From assembly GCA_964491915.1 (NCBI GenBank), contig CAZBHS010000027.1:2694-66693 (forward strand): a stretch of DNA of 64,000 nt. The letters are read 5' to 3'. Numbering within the stretch: position 1 is the first letter of the stretch; every line of letters starts with the position of its first letter. This DNA comes from an uncultured Clostridia bacterium. GTDB taxonomy: Bacteria; Acidobacteriota; Aminicenantia; UBA2199. Below, one piece after another: positions 45,800 to 53,249 of the stretch. Made by a program: the position numbers and the translations under genes. Under the pieces are notes generated by a model that had not been told where the DNA came from, searched no databases, and was given only the letters and a program-made list of their open reading frames with translations.

Positions 45800-45837
45800 A
45801 GTTCACCATCCTTCCTTTTAAGAGTGTTGTTTAGGAT

Positions 45838-46497
45838 CTACAAGAAAGCCTTTCTCGATAAAACCGTTGAATAATTACCAAATAAGGCGGTTTCGGAAAA
45901 CTTTTGATAAACTGCCCAGTAGAGAGTGATATCCGACTTGATTCCCTTACCGAGGTCATTGGAAATCAACTTTAAAGAATCAAGGATATCATTGAGCTTC
46001 TCCAGGTGACGCCGATAAAGCCCCAGGACATCGCCCTTACTCAAATATCCTTTTACTTCATTCGCTATGATTGAATTTAAATTTTTCTCAATTATCGCCG
46101 AATCATAATCAAAATGCAGCAGCTTGTTTCTGTAAAATTCCACGTACTGGAGTTGTTCGCCCAATGAAATGATCGTGGCATACTTTTCTATTGAAGCTTC
46201 AAGTTTAGCGATCGTGGATTCCAGTTTTTCGCAAGCTGTCCCTAGATTGAAAACAGCTTTTCCCGAACTTTCATACTCTTTTAGCAATAACAATGACTCT
46301 GAATAGGAATCAATAAACAGAGCCGCTCCGTCGATAAGCAAATCACTTATTTCTTCACGTCCACCGGTCAATGCTTGCAACGGTGTATCCGGTGCCGGTG
46401 GGAATATCGGATCAGAATCATTTAAGTGCAAATCCGAGATCAACAAACCTGATGTAGAAACAACGAGAATTAAGAAAAGAATTGCCTTGGTTTTCAT
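45838..46497 (-). CDS. island cargo: secreted all-helical hypothetical protein
   Basis: I set the start at ATG 46497 (MKTKAILFLILVVSTSG, GGAG 9 nt upstream) rather than track start 46539. The stop is 38 nt upstream of the next gene. Confidence 0.6.
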   Translation of the reverse strand: MKTKAILFLILVVSTSGLLISDLHLNDSDPIFPPAPDTPLQALTGGREEISDLLIDGAALFIDSYSESLLLLKEYESSGKAVFNLGTACEKLESTIAKLEASIEKYATIISLGEQLQYVEFYRNKLLHFDYDSAIIEKNLNSIIANEVKGYLSKGDVLGLYRRHLEKLNDILDSLKLISNDLGKGIKSDITLYWAVYQKFSETALFGNYSTVLSRKAFL

Positions 46498-46684
46498 AGC
46501 TGAGACTCCTTTAAAGTTTAGTTTCCTTAGTCGTTTCACCTGATTAGAAAGCGTTCTAGATCCTGAATTATAGCAAGTGGTAAAAATTAATTCAATACTA
46601 CTCCTCCTGTCTTGTAAATTTTTTCATATTTTTAATCTATCAATCTTAAAGCGGGAATTGATATCGTTCATTAGCTCTCGAATA

Positions 46685-47383
46685 TTAGCCAGAAGTAAAA
46701 TCAACCAAATCTTTATCGAGTAGCGGTTTCCACCGTAAGTAAAACTCCGCGATGATGTGTTCTCTAAAATTCGGATATTTCTCCATGTAGTGGAGAAGGT
46801 CTGTATAGCGGTACTCTATGGCTTTACCAGTATAATCTTTCGATATCTGAATAACCGCTTCTTTCTTTTGTGTTGGTTCCAACTTCGGTGTATTTAACTC
46901 TTCTTCGGAGACCTCGCGAATGCTTCCCACCACGTAATCAATGACATACCTTGTAAACCTAATGTCGAAGGTCTTCTTCCCGGAGGGGGTGTCGAAGGTC
47001 TCCCGGAGCCGGTACATTTTTTCGGGATCTATTTTATATGAGTTTATTTCCTTCAATAATCCGGGGGGGAGGATCTCGTCAATCTGAACGGTTTGAGGTG
47101 GTTCCGGTTCGATAAGAGTGATTTTCCATTTTGATAAATCTACCGTATGCAGGTCAAAACGATAAGCTGGAGATGTCGGTCTCTCGTTTTCATAAACTTC
47201 CATTTGCCCATAAGCAATTTCGCGGTATTTTCTTTTTAAATTTCTGATAGCCTTCAGAGGGAATTGATTAATGAACTGGGATTCTCTCAATGTATAAAAT
47301 AAATAGTCACGTGCAGATGGAAGGTCCAATAACTCATCGAACTGCCCCATCAAGTATTCTTTTGATCTTTCATAATCTTCCAT
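46685..47383 (-). CDS. island cargo: hypothetical cytoplasmic protein translationally coupled to an XRE regulator
   Basis: 232 aa with no motif I recognise. The ATG is 3 nt after the stop of the XRE gene 47387-47827. Confidence 0.6.
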   Translation of the reverse strand: MEDYERSKEYLMGQFDELLDLPSARDYLFYTLRESQFINQFPLKAIRNLKRKYREIAYGQMEVYENERPTSPAYRFDLHTVDLSKWKITLIEPEPPQTVQIDEILPPGLLKEINSYKIDPEKMYRLRETFDTPSGKKTFDIRFTRYVIDYVVGSIREVSEEELNTPKLEPTQKKEAVIQISKDYTGKAIEYRYTDLLHYMEKYPNFREHIIAEFYLRWKPLLDKDLVDFTSG

Positions 47384-47386
47384 GTT

Positions 47387-47827
47387 TCACCTCCGATTTA
47401 ATTTTTCAGATAGTACTTTTTCTATATATTCTTGATTGGCTGTTTGGAATTCGATAAAATACTTCAGCATTGAATAACGAACCAAATCTACATGCTTCAT
47501 GGCCTCAAAAAGGTTTTTTACATTCTCTCGCTCCAATCCAAATTCACTTGAAGAGACGATTTGATCCACAAACGCAGCTCCAGTTCCATTTAAAATATAG
47601 TTGATGTTCACTCCGAATTTGTCCAAAAGTGCGAATAGATACCGTGACGACGGTTTTTTGAGTCCATTCTCCGCCTCGGAGATCAAACTTCGGGAAAAGC
47701 CGGTTTGCCGGTACGCTTCTTCGATAGTAAGATGCAACTTTTTCCTAACTTCGCGAAGCCGCCGGCCAATTAATTCTCTATTAAATTGATCTATTTCCAT
47801 TTGCTCATTCGCGTTATTGAGATGCAA
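47387..47827 (-). CDS. XRE-family HTH regulator (paralog 2)
   Basis: 146 aa. The HTH is IGRRLREVRKKLHLTIEEAYRQTGFSRSLISEAENGLKKPSSRYLFALLDKFGVNINYIL. Its C-terminal ~60-aa domain is shared with paralog 1. Confidence 0.85.
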   Translation of the reverse strand: MHLNNANEQMEIDQFNRELIGRRLREVRKKLHLTIEEAYRQTGFSRSLISEAENGLKKPSSRYLFALLDKFGVNINYILNGTGAAFVDQIVSSSEFGLERENVKNLFEAMKHVDLVRYSMLKYFIEFQTANQEYIEKVLSEKLNRR

Positions 47828-47881
47828 TTACGAATAATTATATATCACAATCAATAGAAAAATCAATAGCCTTGAAAATCT

Positions 47882-48298
47882 TTATGCAGACCCTTTGTCG
47901 TCCTCAATCTGATTTCGAATCAATTCATCATATTGGGCTTTGTATTCGAGGAAATATTTAAGGATGGTGAACCTTACCACATCAGCCTTTTTCATATACA
48001 ACAATAGGCTGTGAACAAGTTTTGCGTCCTTCCCGAAGTCTTCAAAAACAAGCTCTTCACCCAAAAACATATCGCCTCGCCCGGACAAAATATAATTCAG
48101 GTTCACTTTAAATAAATCCAACAAGGCGAATAAATAAGTAGAGGACGGTTTCTTCAATCCGTTTTCGGCCTCGGAGATAAGACTACGGGAAAACCCCGTT
48201 GCCTGATACATCTTTTCAATAGTAAGGTTCAAGGTCTCGCGTACCTGGCGAAGACGTTCCCCAACTTCTTCCTGATTTAATTTCGTTTTTTTAGTCAT
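47882..48298 (-). CDS. XRE-family HTH regulator (paralog 1)
   Basis: 138 aa. The HTH is VGERLRQVRETLNLTIEKMYQATGFSRSLISEAENGLKKPSSTYLFALLDLFKVNLNYIL. Confidence 0.85.
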   Translation of the reverse strand: MTKKTKLNQEEVGERLRQVRETLNLTIEKMYQATGFSRSLISEAENGLKKPSSTYLFALLDLFKVNLNYILSGRGDMFLGEELVFEDFGKDAKLVHSLLLYMKKADVVRFTILKYFLEYKAQYDELIRNQIEDDKGSA

Positions 48299-48492
48299 TT
48301 TGTTTGCAAAACCCTTTATCTTATAATATAATTTACAACAATGAGAATATTTAATTTAAATTCGCGGCACTCATTCCGCTTACTTAGAGAATCATACGTT
48401 TCCCTGACGTTCATCTTTTCAAATATACCCTATCAATTGAGAAAAAACAAGTATATAAGCGAAATTCGCGAACAAAGGAGAGTAAACCAATT

Positions 48493-48909
48493 ATGGAAAA
48501 ACATTTTCGCTTAACTATAGACCTGAAGGTGGATATTAAGGAATCGGTGGAAAGGGGAATCAAGAACCGTAACTTGATAGAGGCCTTTGTCAAACAGTTT
48601 TTAGCTGATGACGAGGCGGTCTTGAAATTCTTTCGCATGTGGTTGCGGGATGAATTCAGGACCGGGGATTTGGGGGAGAAAATTTCCGATAGCTTTCCAA
48701 GGGAGCGAGACACCGACATATTACGTCCAGTGGCTGAGGCATGCACTCAAAAAGTGAGAGAACACTTTTTAAACGCCCTTATCACGGAAGAAAAACAGGG
48801 ACATAACGAAAATTACTCAGATTGGGAATGTTTTTTTGAACAGATCCGCTTTTTTGATGTGGAAGGTGTGATTTTCGAGCTGGCGGGAGCGGCAAAAGAG
48901 CATGGTTGA
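48493..48909 (+). CDS. island cargo: hypothetical protein
   Basis: 138 aa, divergent from XRE paralog 1, with AAGGAG upstream of the ATG and no recognisable motif. Confidence 0.5.
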   Translation: MEKHFRLTIDLKVDIKESVERGIKNRNLIEAFVKQFLADDEAVLKFFRMWLRDEFRTGDLGEKISDSFPRERDTDILRPVAEACTQKVREHFLNALITEEKQGHNENYSDWECFFEQIRFFDVEGVIFELAGAAKEHG

Positions 48910-49200
48910 GGTGATTGTAGGATTTAACATAAACCGGCGTAGTCCCACGCCGGATTGTTCCTTTCTCTATTTTAATAACCAAAATAGTTTAAAGCCGGTC
49001 CTCGCAGTTCGCGGGGGCCGGTCATTTCGTTTTGTTCACTCAAACAGACGACTTACTCTAAAACATTCATCGCGGGAGAGAAAAACTTGGTTTCACCTCC
49101 TTTTTTTGATAGCCTCTCGAAGCGGATATTGGGGCCGGGTCCTCAACCTAAGGACCCGGCTCTCATTCCCACAAGCCAAACGTAAAGCAAAGGTGACTGC

Positions 49201-49533
49201 ATGAACAATTCAAAAAACGCCCTAGCGTTCAACCGGAAATCTCCCGAAATCTCAGAGCTACGCAATTCCCTGGCTTTCAATTTGGAGTCAGCAACAATCA
49301 TCGAAGAAGACGACGGTTTCAGATTAGAAGTCCAGCAATCAAAAACCTCTCCCCTCTCAAAATCCTACCCAACTCTCACCCAAGCCCGCCAAGACTTCCT
49401 CAACCGCTATGGAACCCTCACAAATGAAGGAAAACCAACAATCCACCCCCAATGGACCGAATTCTTCACCCCCGACACAGAACCCGACCTGTTAATCCTA
49501 TATATCGTCAATCAAGACCGGATCCCAAAATGA
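49201..49533 (+). CDS. island cargo: hypothetical protein
   Basis: 110 aa. It contains an internal repeat NALAFNRKSPEISELRNSLAFNLES and is followed by a GC-rich hairpin plus T-run near 49685-49720. Confidence 0.45.
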   Translation: MNNSKNALAFNRKSPEISELRNSLAFNLESATIIEEDDGFRLEVQQSKTSPLSKSYPTLTQARQDFLNRYGTLTNEGKPTIHPQWTEFFTPDTEPDLLILYIVNQDRIPK

Positions 49534-49883
49534 TCCCCAGCAAACCCGAACTCCATATTGTTAATTTTTTAGATAGTTCATGAAGGCACGCCGGGCCGCG
49601 CGAGCCCCGACGCAATCGCGGCCCGCCGGCCCACCTTTCTTCCCTTGCAATCCAATCAAAGGATATTTACTTTGATTTTCATCAGCCGGCCTTTCCCCCA
49701 CGGAAGGGCCGGTCTTTTTCCAATCCAACATCGATGACCAAAACCACCACCAACTTCAGCCTTCGGCCCCAACCATAAATAAGCCAAAAAAAACATCACA
49801 CACTACGCAACCTTTCAGGTTAAAGCCTTTCGTCCAAAAAAACCATCACCAAAAAATATACAAGAAAATCACAAACGTTGCAG

Positions 49884-49960
49884 ATGGCACCTTTTATGGC
49901 ACCAAAGAGTGCGATAAGCTTTGCTGTGAAAGGTTATTGTATGGCACCCCAAATGGCACC
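49884..49960 (+). repeat. four phased ATGGCACC direct repeats (two pairs, 12-bp spacing)
   Basis: ATGGCACC occurs at 49884, 49896, 49941 and 49953. The second pair, ATGGCACCCCAAATGGCACC, closely matches ATGGTCACCCAAATGGTCACC at 43445-43465 beside the distal att repeat. Confidence 0.75.
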
Positions 49961-50200
49961 TCGCAAATTCGAGGGAATAATTTCGCAGGAGATTGCGCAC
50001 CGGTCCACATTTTTTACAAGTCCAACAGTTAACCTTTACATTTTTTTTCATACCGCCCTCATCTGAACTCACAAGCATAACACAATTACAAGGCAGAATA
50101 GAAATCCCAAAAAAACACATGGGAAGCTTGAAAATAACACAATTTTAGTATATAAATAATGTAAAAGGGAAAGACAAATTTAAAAATTAGGAGATGCACA

Positions 50201-50437
50201 ATGAATTTGACTGACCACAGAAAATCCAGGACAAAGGGGCGTAGGCTTAAGATTGAGCCTAGCGCACTCTCAGTCCGATTTCACACTTTATCTGGATTTG
50301 AGAAGGAGGTAACTCATGATCAAAAAAAGAAAGTTCTGAGTGAGGCATACTACAACACCGTATCCTTTGCTTTTCGCAAAGGAGTTGGATTTTTCTTTGG
50401 CAAGCCAAGAAAAATAATTCTTAAATTCTCCGCATGA
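50201..50437 (+). CDS. island cargo: small basic hypothetical protein
   Basis: 78 aa with AGGAG 8 nt upstream of the ATG. It is the first of three same-strand small genes. Coding status is uncertain. Confidence 0.35.
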   Translation: MNLTDHRKSRTKGRRLKIEPSALSVRFHTLSGFEKEVTHDQKKKVLSEAYYNTVSFAFRKGVGFFFGKPRKIILKFSA

Positions 50438-50478
50438 AAATTTAAGTTAAGCATCCCTATAAAAATAAGGAGTTTAGC

Positions 50479-50682
50479 ATGCCTAGGTTGACAGTTGAAT
50501 TTACAGATGAAGCGTACAAGCTCTTAGAAAAGATTGCAGAAGAGATGGGCAATTCGAAAAAAGAAGCAATTAAAAGGGCAATTTCACTACTTGGGCTAGC
50601 AATTGAAGAGCAAAAAAACGGGAGTGTTCTTGAATTTGCAAATGAGAAAAAGAACTATAGGCGGGAGATTGCTTTTTTATAG
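50479..50682 (+). CDS. ribbon-helix-helix (CopG/Arc-like) DNA-binding protein
   Basis: 67 aa. MPRLTVEFTDEAYKLLEKIAEEMGNSKKEAIKRAISLL fits the strand-helix-helix pattern. AAGGAG lies upstream. Confidence 0.6.
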   Translation: MPRLTVEFTDEAYKLLEKIAEEMGNSKKEAIKRAISLLGLAIEEQKNGSVLEFANEKKNYRREIAFL

Positions 50683-50747
50683 GATCCTACCTGATTCTAT
50701 AATCAAAACCATCATGCGGATGACTATAGACACAGAGAGGAAACCAA

Positions 50748-51089
50748 ATGAAACATTATTTTGAAGATACTCAAAAATCCGGTCGCGATGGTCAAAGCGG
50801 TGATTCACACTCGCCCGATCATCCTATATTAATTGATGATGTCTATGAGAAGAAAGATATGATCAAGAAAGAAGATGTTTATAGCAGAGCAAAAACACAA
50901 CATCGCCTATCTATGTCCATCGTCTTCTCTCTGGCAATTATCATTTGCACTTTGTTCCTTTCTCTCACCTATTCTTCACCTGAAAATATAGCTGCACTCA
51001 AAGATATTGGTTATCACGCTATTTCAATTTTCTCTACGTTGACAGGTTTGGTTATAGGTTTTTATTTCTGTCAGTCCAACCGTAAATAA
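50748..51089 (+). CDS. small two-TM membrane protein
   Basis: 113 aa with a polar N-terminal half followed by two hydrophobic helices (LSMSIVFSLAIIICTLFLSL; ISIFSTLTGLVIGFYF). GAGAGG lies upstream. Confidence 0.5.
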   Translation: MKHYFEDTQKSGRDGQSGDSHSPDHPILIDDVYEKKDMIKKEDVYSRAKTQHRLSMSIVFSLAIIICTLFLSLTYSSPENIAALKDIGYHAISIFSTLTGLVIGFYFCQSNRK

Positions 51090-51109
51090 CATTTCTGCTT
51101 CTTTTTGTT

Positions 51110-51140
51110 ACGCAGGAGGAATTTCTATTTCCTCCTGCGT
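51110..51140. repeat. 12-bp-stem hairpin between convergent island genes
   Basis: ACGCAGGAGGAA-tttctat-TTCCTCCTGCGT. No U-run follows on either strand. Confidence 0.5.
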
Positions 51141-51223
51141 GGCAAAAAGTGATGGATTGAGTATGATGGTACTATAAAAAGAGTCATTTTTCATTTCAGA
51201 AGGAGCTAAAAAAGCTCCCCCCA

Positions 51224-52240
51224 TCATTCCCAAACTTCGAAGGCGTTTACTAGTTTTTGTTGGCCTTCTAGGAGGGCTTTGGTGTATCTGGAGGTGGTTT
51301 GGATGTCTGAATGCCCGAGTGTTTCTTTTAGGGAGATTAGATCTCCGCCGTTTAGTAGGGCGTAGGTGGCGAAGCAATGTCTAAGGTCGTGGAAGCGGGA
51401 ATCTTTGATTGTGGCTCTTTTTAGGAGCGTATACCATGATTTTTTTATGTCGGTGTAGGGCTTTCCTGTTTTTGGGTTTTCGAATACATAGTCCCGGTTG
51501 TTTTTGTCGGATTGGAGTTTGGCTAGTAATTTTTTTGTGGCGTTGTTGAGTGGTATGCGCCTTAGTTTTTTGGACTTGGTTTTTTGAACGGTTATAAATC
51601 CTTTTTCGACATTCACCTGGCTCCATTTTAGCTTTAGGATTTCTCCTTTTCTCATCCCTGTGTTCAGTGCCACCAGTATGATGTATTTCAAGGGGATTCC
51701 CGCCAGGGCGAGTAACCGTTGAATTTCATTTTCGGTTAGAATTCTCTCTTTCGGCTCTTCTTTGAACATTGGTAATTTGGAGAGGGGGTTGGAATCGAGA
51801 ATTTTCCATTCTACCGCTTTGTTCAAGACACTTCTTAGTAGTGCGCCTTCTCTGTTTACTGTGGTTTTGGACACTAGCTTGTTTTGGTTCTTTGATTTTT
51901 GGTTAAGTCTAATATTGCGGTATTGTTCAAAGTGGAAGGTGGAGATTTCGTGGAGGTCTAGATCTCCCAGGAAGGTGATTAGATTTTTCATGAGGCTGAT
52001 GTCTGTTCCGTAGCTTCGTTTGGTGGGGACTGAGACTTTTTCTAAATAGAACATTGCAAAATTGGAGAATTTCACTTTCTGATGGTCTTCCGGTTCGGTT
52101 TTTTTATTTAATTCCTCAGCCCTCAAAGCTAGTAAAGCTTTCTCGGCTTCCCGCTTATTTTTTGAAACCGGCTTTCTGATTCTTTCGCCATCAACATAAT
52201 AGTCCACCCACCATTTATCATTTTTTTTGAAGAGCCCCAT
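51224..52240 (-). CDS. tyrosine recombinase (phage-type integrase)
   Basis: 338 aa. The C-terminal catalytic region is NTGMRKGEIL...HDLRHCFATYAL...LGHSDIQTTSRYT (R...HxxR...Y). It lies about 760 bp from tRNA-Thr. Confidence 0.9.
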   Translation of the reverse strand: MGLFKKNDKWWVDYYVDGERIRKPVSKNKREAEKALLALRAEELNKKTEPEDHQKVKFSNFAMFYLEKVSVPTKRSYGTDISLMKNLITFLGDLDLHEISTFHFEQYRNIRLNQKSKNQNKLVSKTTVNREGALLRSVLNKAVEWKILDSNPLSKLPMFKEEPKERILTENEIQRLLALAGIPLKYIILVALNTGMRKGEILKLKWSQVNVEKGFITVQKTKSKKLRRIPLNNATKKLLAKLQSDKNNRDYVFENPKTGKPYTDIKKSWYTLLKRATIKDSRFHDLRHCFATYALLNGGDLISLKETLGHSDIQTTSRYTKALLEGQQKLVNAFEVWE

Positions 52241-52243
52241 TTC

Positions 52244-52594
52244 TTAATTCCTTTTTCTGGTCTTCAATTGCTCTAAAAAAAAGTCAAATTGTTGGACAGT
52301 CTTGGTACTAGCGCTTTTTAACTTTGGTAGATTCGGGATTCCAGCGATCATGCTTTCACTTTCAAACTCAATGTCCCCAGGCCTGACAGAATGACAATCA
52401 ATCCAGTCATTTAAGGATACGGGATTGAATTTAACAAGTCCCCCTATCCCTGTCCCAAATTTTACAAAAGGAATTTTCTTTTCTAACACCCAAACTCTGA
52501 TCGTTGATGTTGAAATATTCAAAATCTCTGCGACTTCATCTACATTTAAAAGATTATTCCCAGTAAAAAGCGCCAATTGTACCTCCAGTTTCAT
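52244..52594 (-). CDS. excisionase-family (MerR-like) HTH protein
   Basis: LLNVDEVAEILNISTSTIRVWVLEKKIPFVKFG. I set the start at ATG 52594; the track start 52639 is possible. The stop is 3 nt before the integrase ATG. Confidence 0.7.
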   Translation of the reverse strand: MKLEVQLALFTGNNLLNVDEVAEILNISTSTIRVWVLEKKIPFVKFGTGIGGLVKFNPVSLNDWIDCHSVRPGDIEFESESMIAGIPNLPKLKSASTKTVQQFDFFLEQLKTRKRN

Positions 52595-52933
52595 TTTCAG
52601 TTTCGTCAAAAGCCGGCAAAATAGCCGCTTCAAGAACATTAAACCTTAATACCATATCAGTCTCCAAGATAAAATTTCCCGATATAAATCAATATAATAC
52701 TAGCAAAACCATTTGTCAAGCACCAGTAAACTAGAAGTGCCGAACCTACAATACCATCCCAAACCCTTACTATAAAACACTATTCACAACCTATACAAAA
52801 ACATAGCGCCCACTTATCAAAACACTAAAGCAGACGTATTTGGACGAATGTGAAAGAATTTAAGAGCATCACTTATTGTTAAATATATACCTTTGAAATA
52901 GATGGTCAACTTTTTAGCGAACAGGGTTTTGTT

Positions 52934-53049
52934 ATGGTCACTATTTGGTCACTGAAATGGCCGCCGGAATGGAGGGGGAATCTGGAAAGGCTGATTATAA
53001 GCGAGCCGATGGGCGGAGTCGAACCGCCGACCTTTTGATTACGAATCAA
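52934..53049 (-). repeat. tRNA-proximal att repeat of the island
   Basis: This is the counterpart of 43441-43549. It contains phased ATGGTCAC (52934), TTGGTCAC (52945) and ATGGCCGC (52957), plus ATGGTCAA at 52902. Confidence 0.85.
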
Positions 53050-53076
53050 ACGCTCTACCAACTGAGCTACATCGGC
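53004..53076 (-). tRNA. tRNA-Thr (anticodon CGT)
   Basis: A 73-nt cloverleaf folded by hand on the minus strand: acceptor GCCGATG/CATCGGC, D stem GCTC/GAGC, anticodon stem TTTGA/TCAAA with loop TTCGTAA, T stem GGCGG/CCGCC with loop TTCGACT. Confidence 0.95.
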
Positions 53077-53249
53077 TAACTTTTTGGTAAGCTGTATTAT
53101 ATGCGATTGGGGCGGTTTTGTCAAAGGGGAATCGGAGTTGGCGGGGGATTTTTTTGCCGATATTTCAGGGCTTTTGCATACAAAATTTTTCCGGGGCGTG
53201 CTATAATTTTAGTTCTTAACTACAAAAATTTGATTGCAAAGGGAAAACT

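Larger units (their letters stand above)
43492..53049. mobile_element. ~9.5-kb integrative genomic island inserted in tRNA-Thr(CGT)
   Basis: Direct repeats sit at both ends, one inside an intact tRNA. The tyrosine integrase and excisionase-like genes are next to the tRNA end. The composition is visibly AT-richer than the flanks. No capsid, terminase, conjugation or replication genes are recognisable. Confidence 0.8.

Noticed and set aside
49869-50120. 83-aa Cys/His-rich minus-strand ORF that looks zinc-finger-like (CWTCKKC, CHLGCH, WCHKRCH)
   Set aside because: The Cys/His pattern comes from translating the reverse complement of the repeated ATGGCACC motif. There is no ribosome site. I treat the region as a DNA repeat array instead.
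43492-53049. Prophage interpretation of the island
   Set aside because: No capsid, portal, terminase, tail or lysis genes are recognisable, and 9.5 kb is too small. Integrase, excisionase and cargo fit a genomic island or satellite-type element better.
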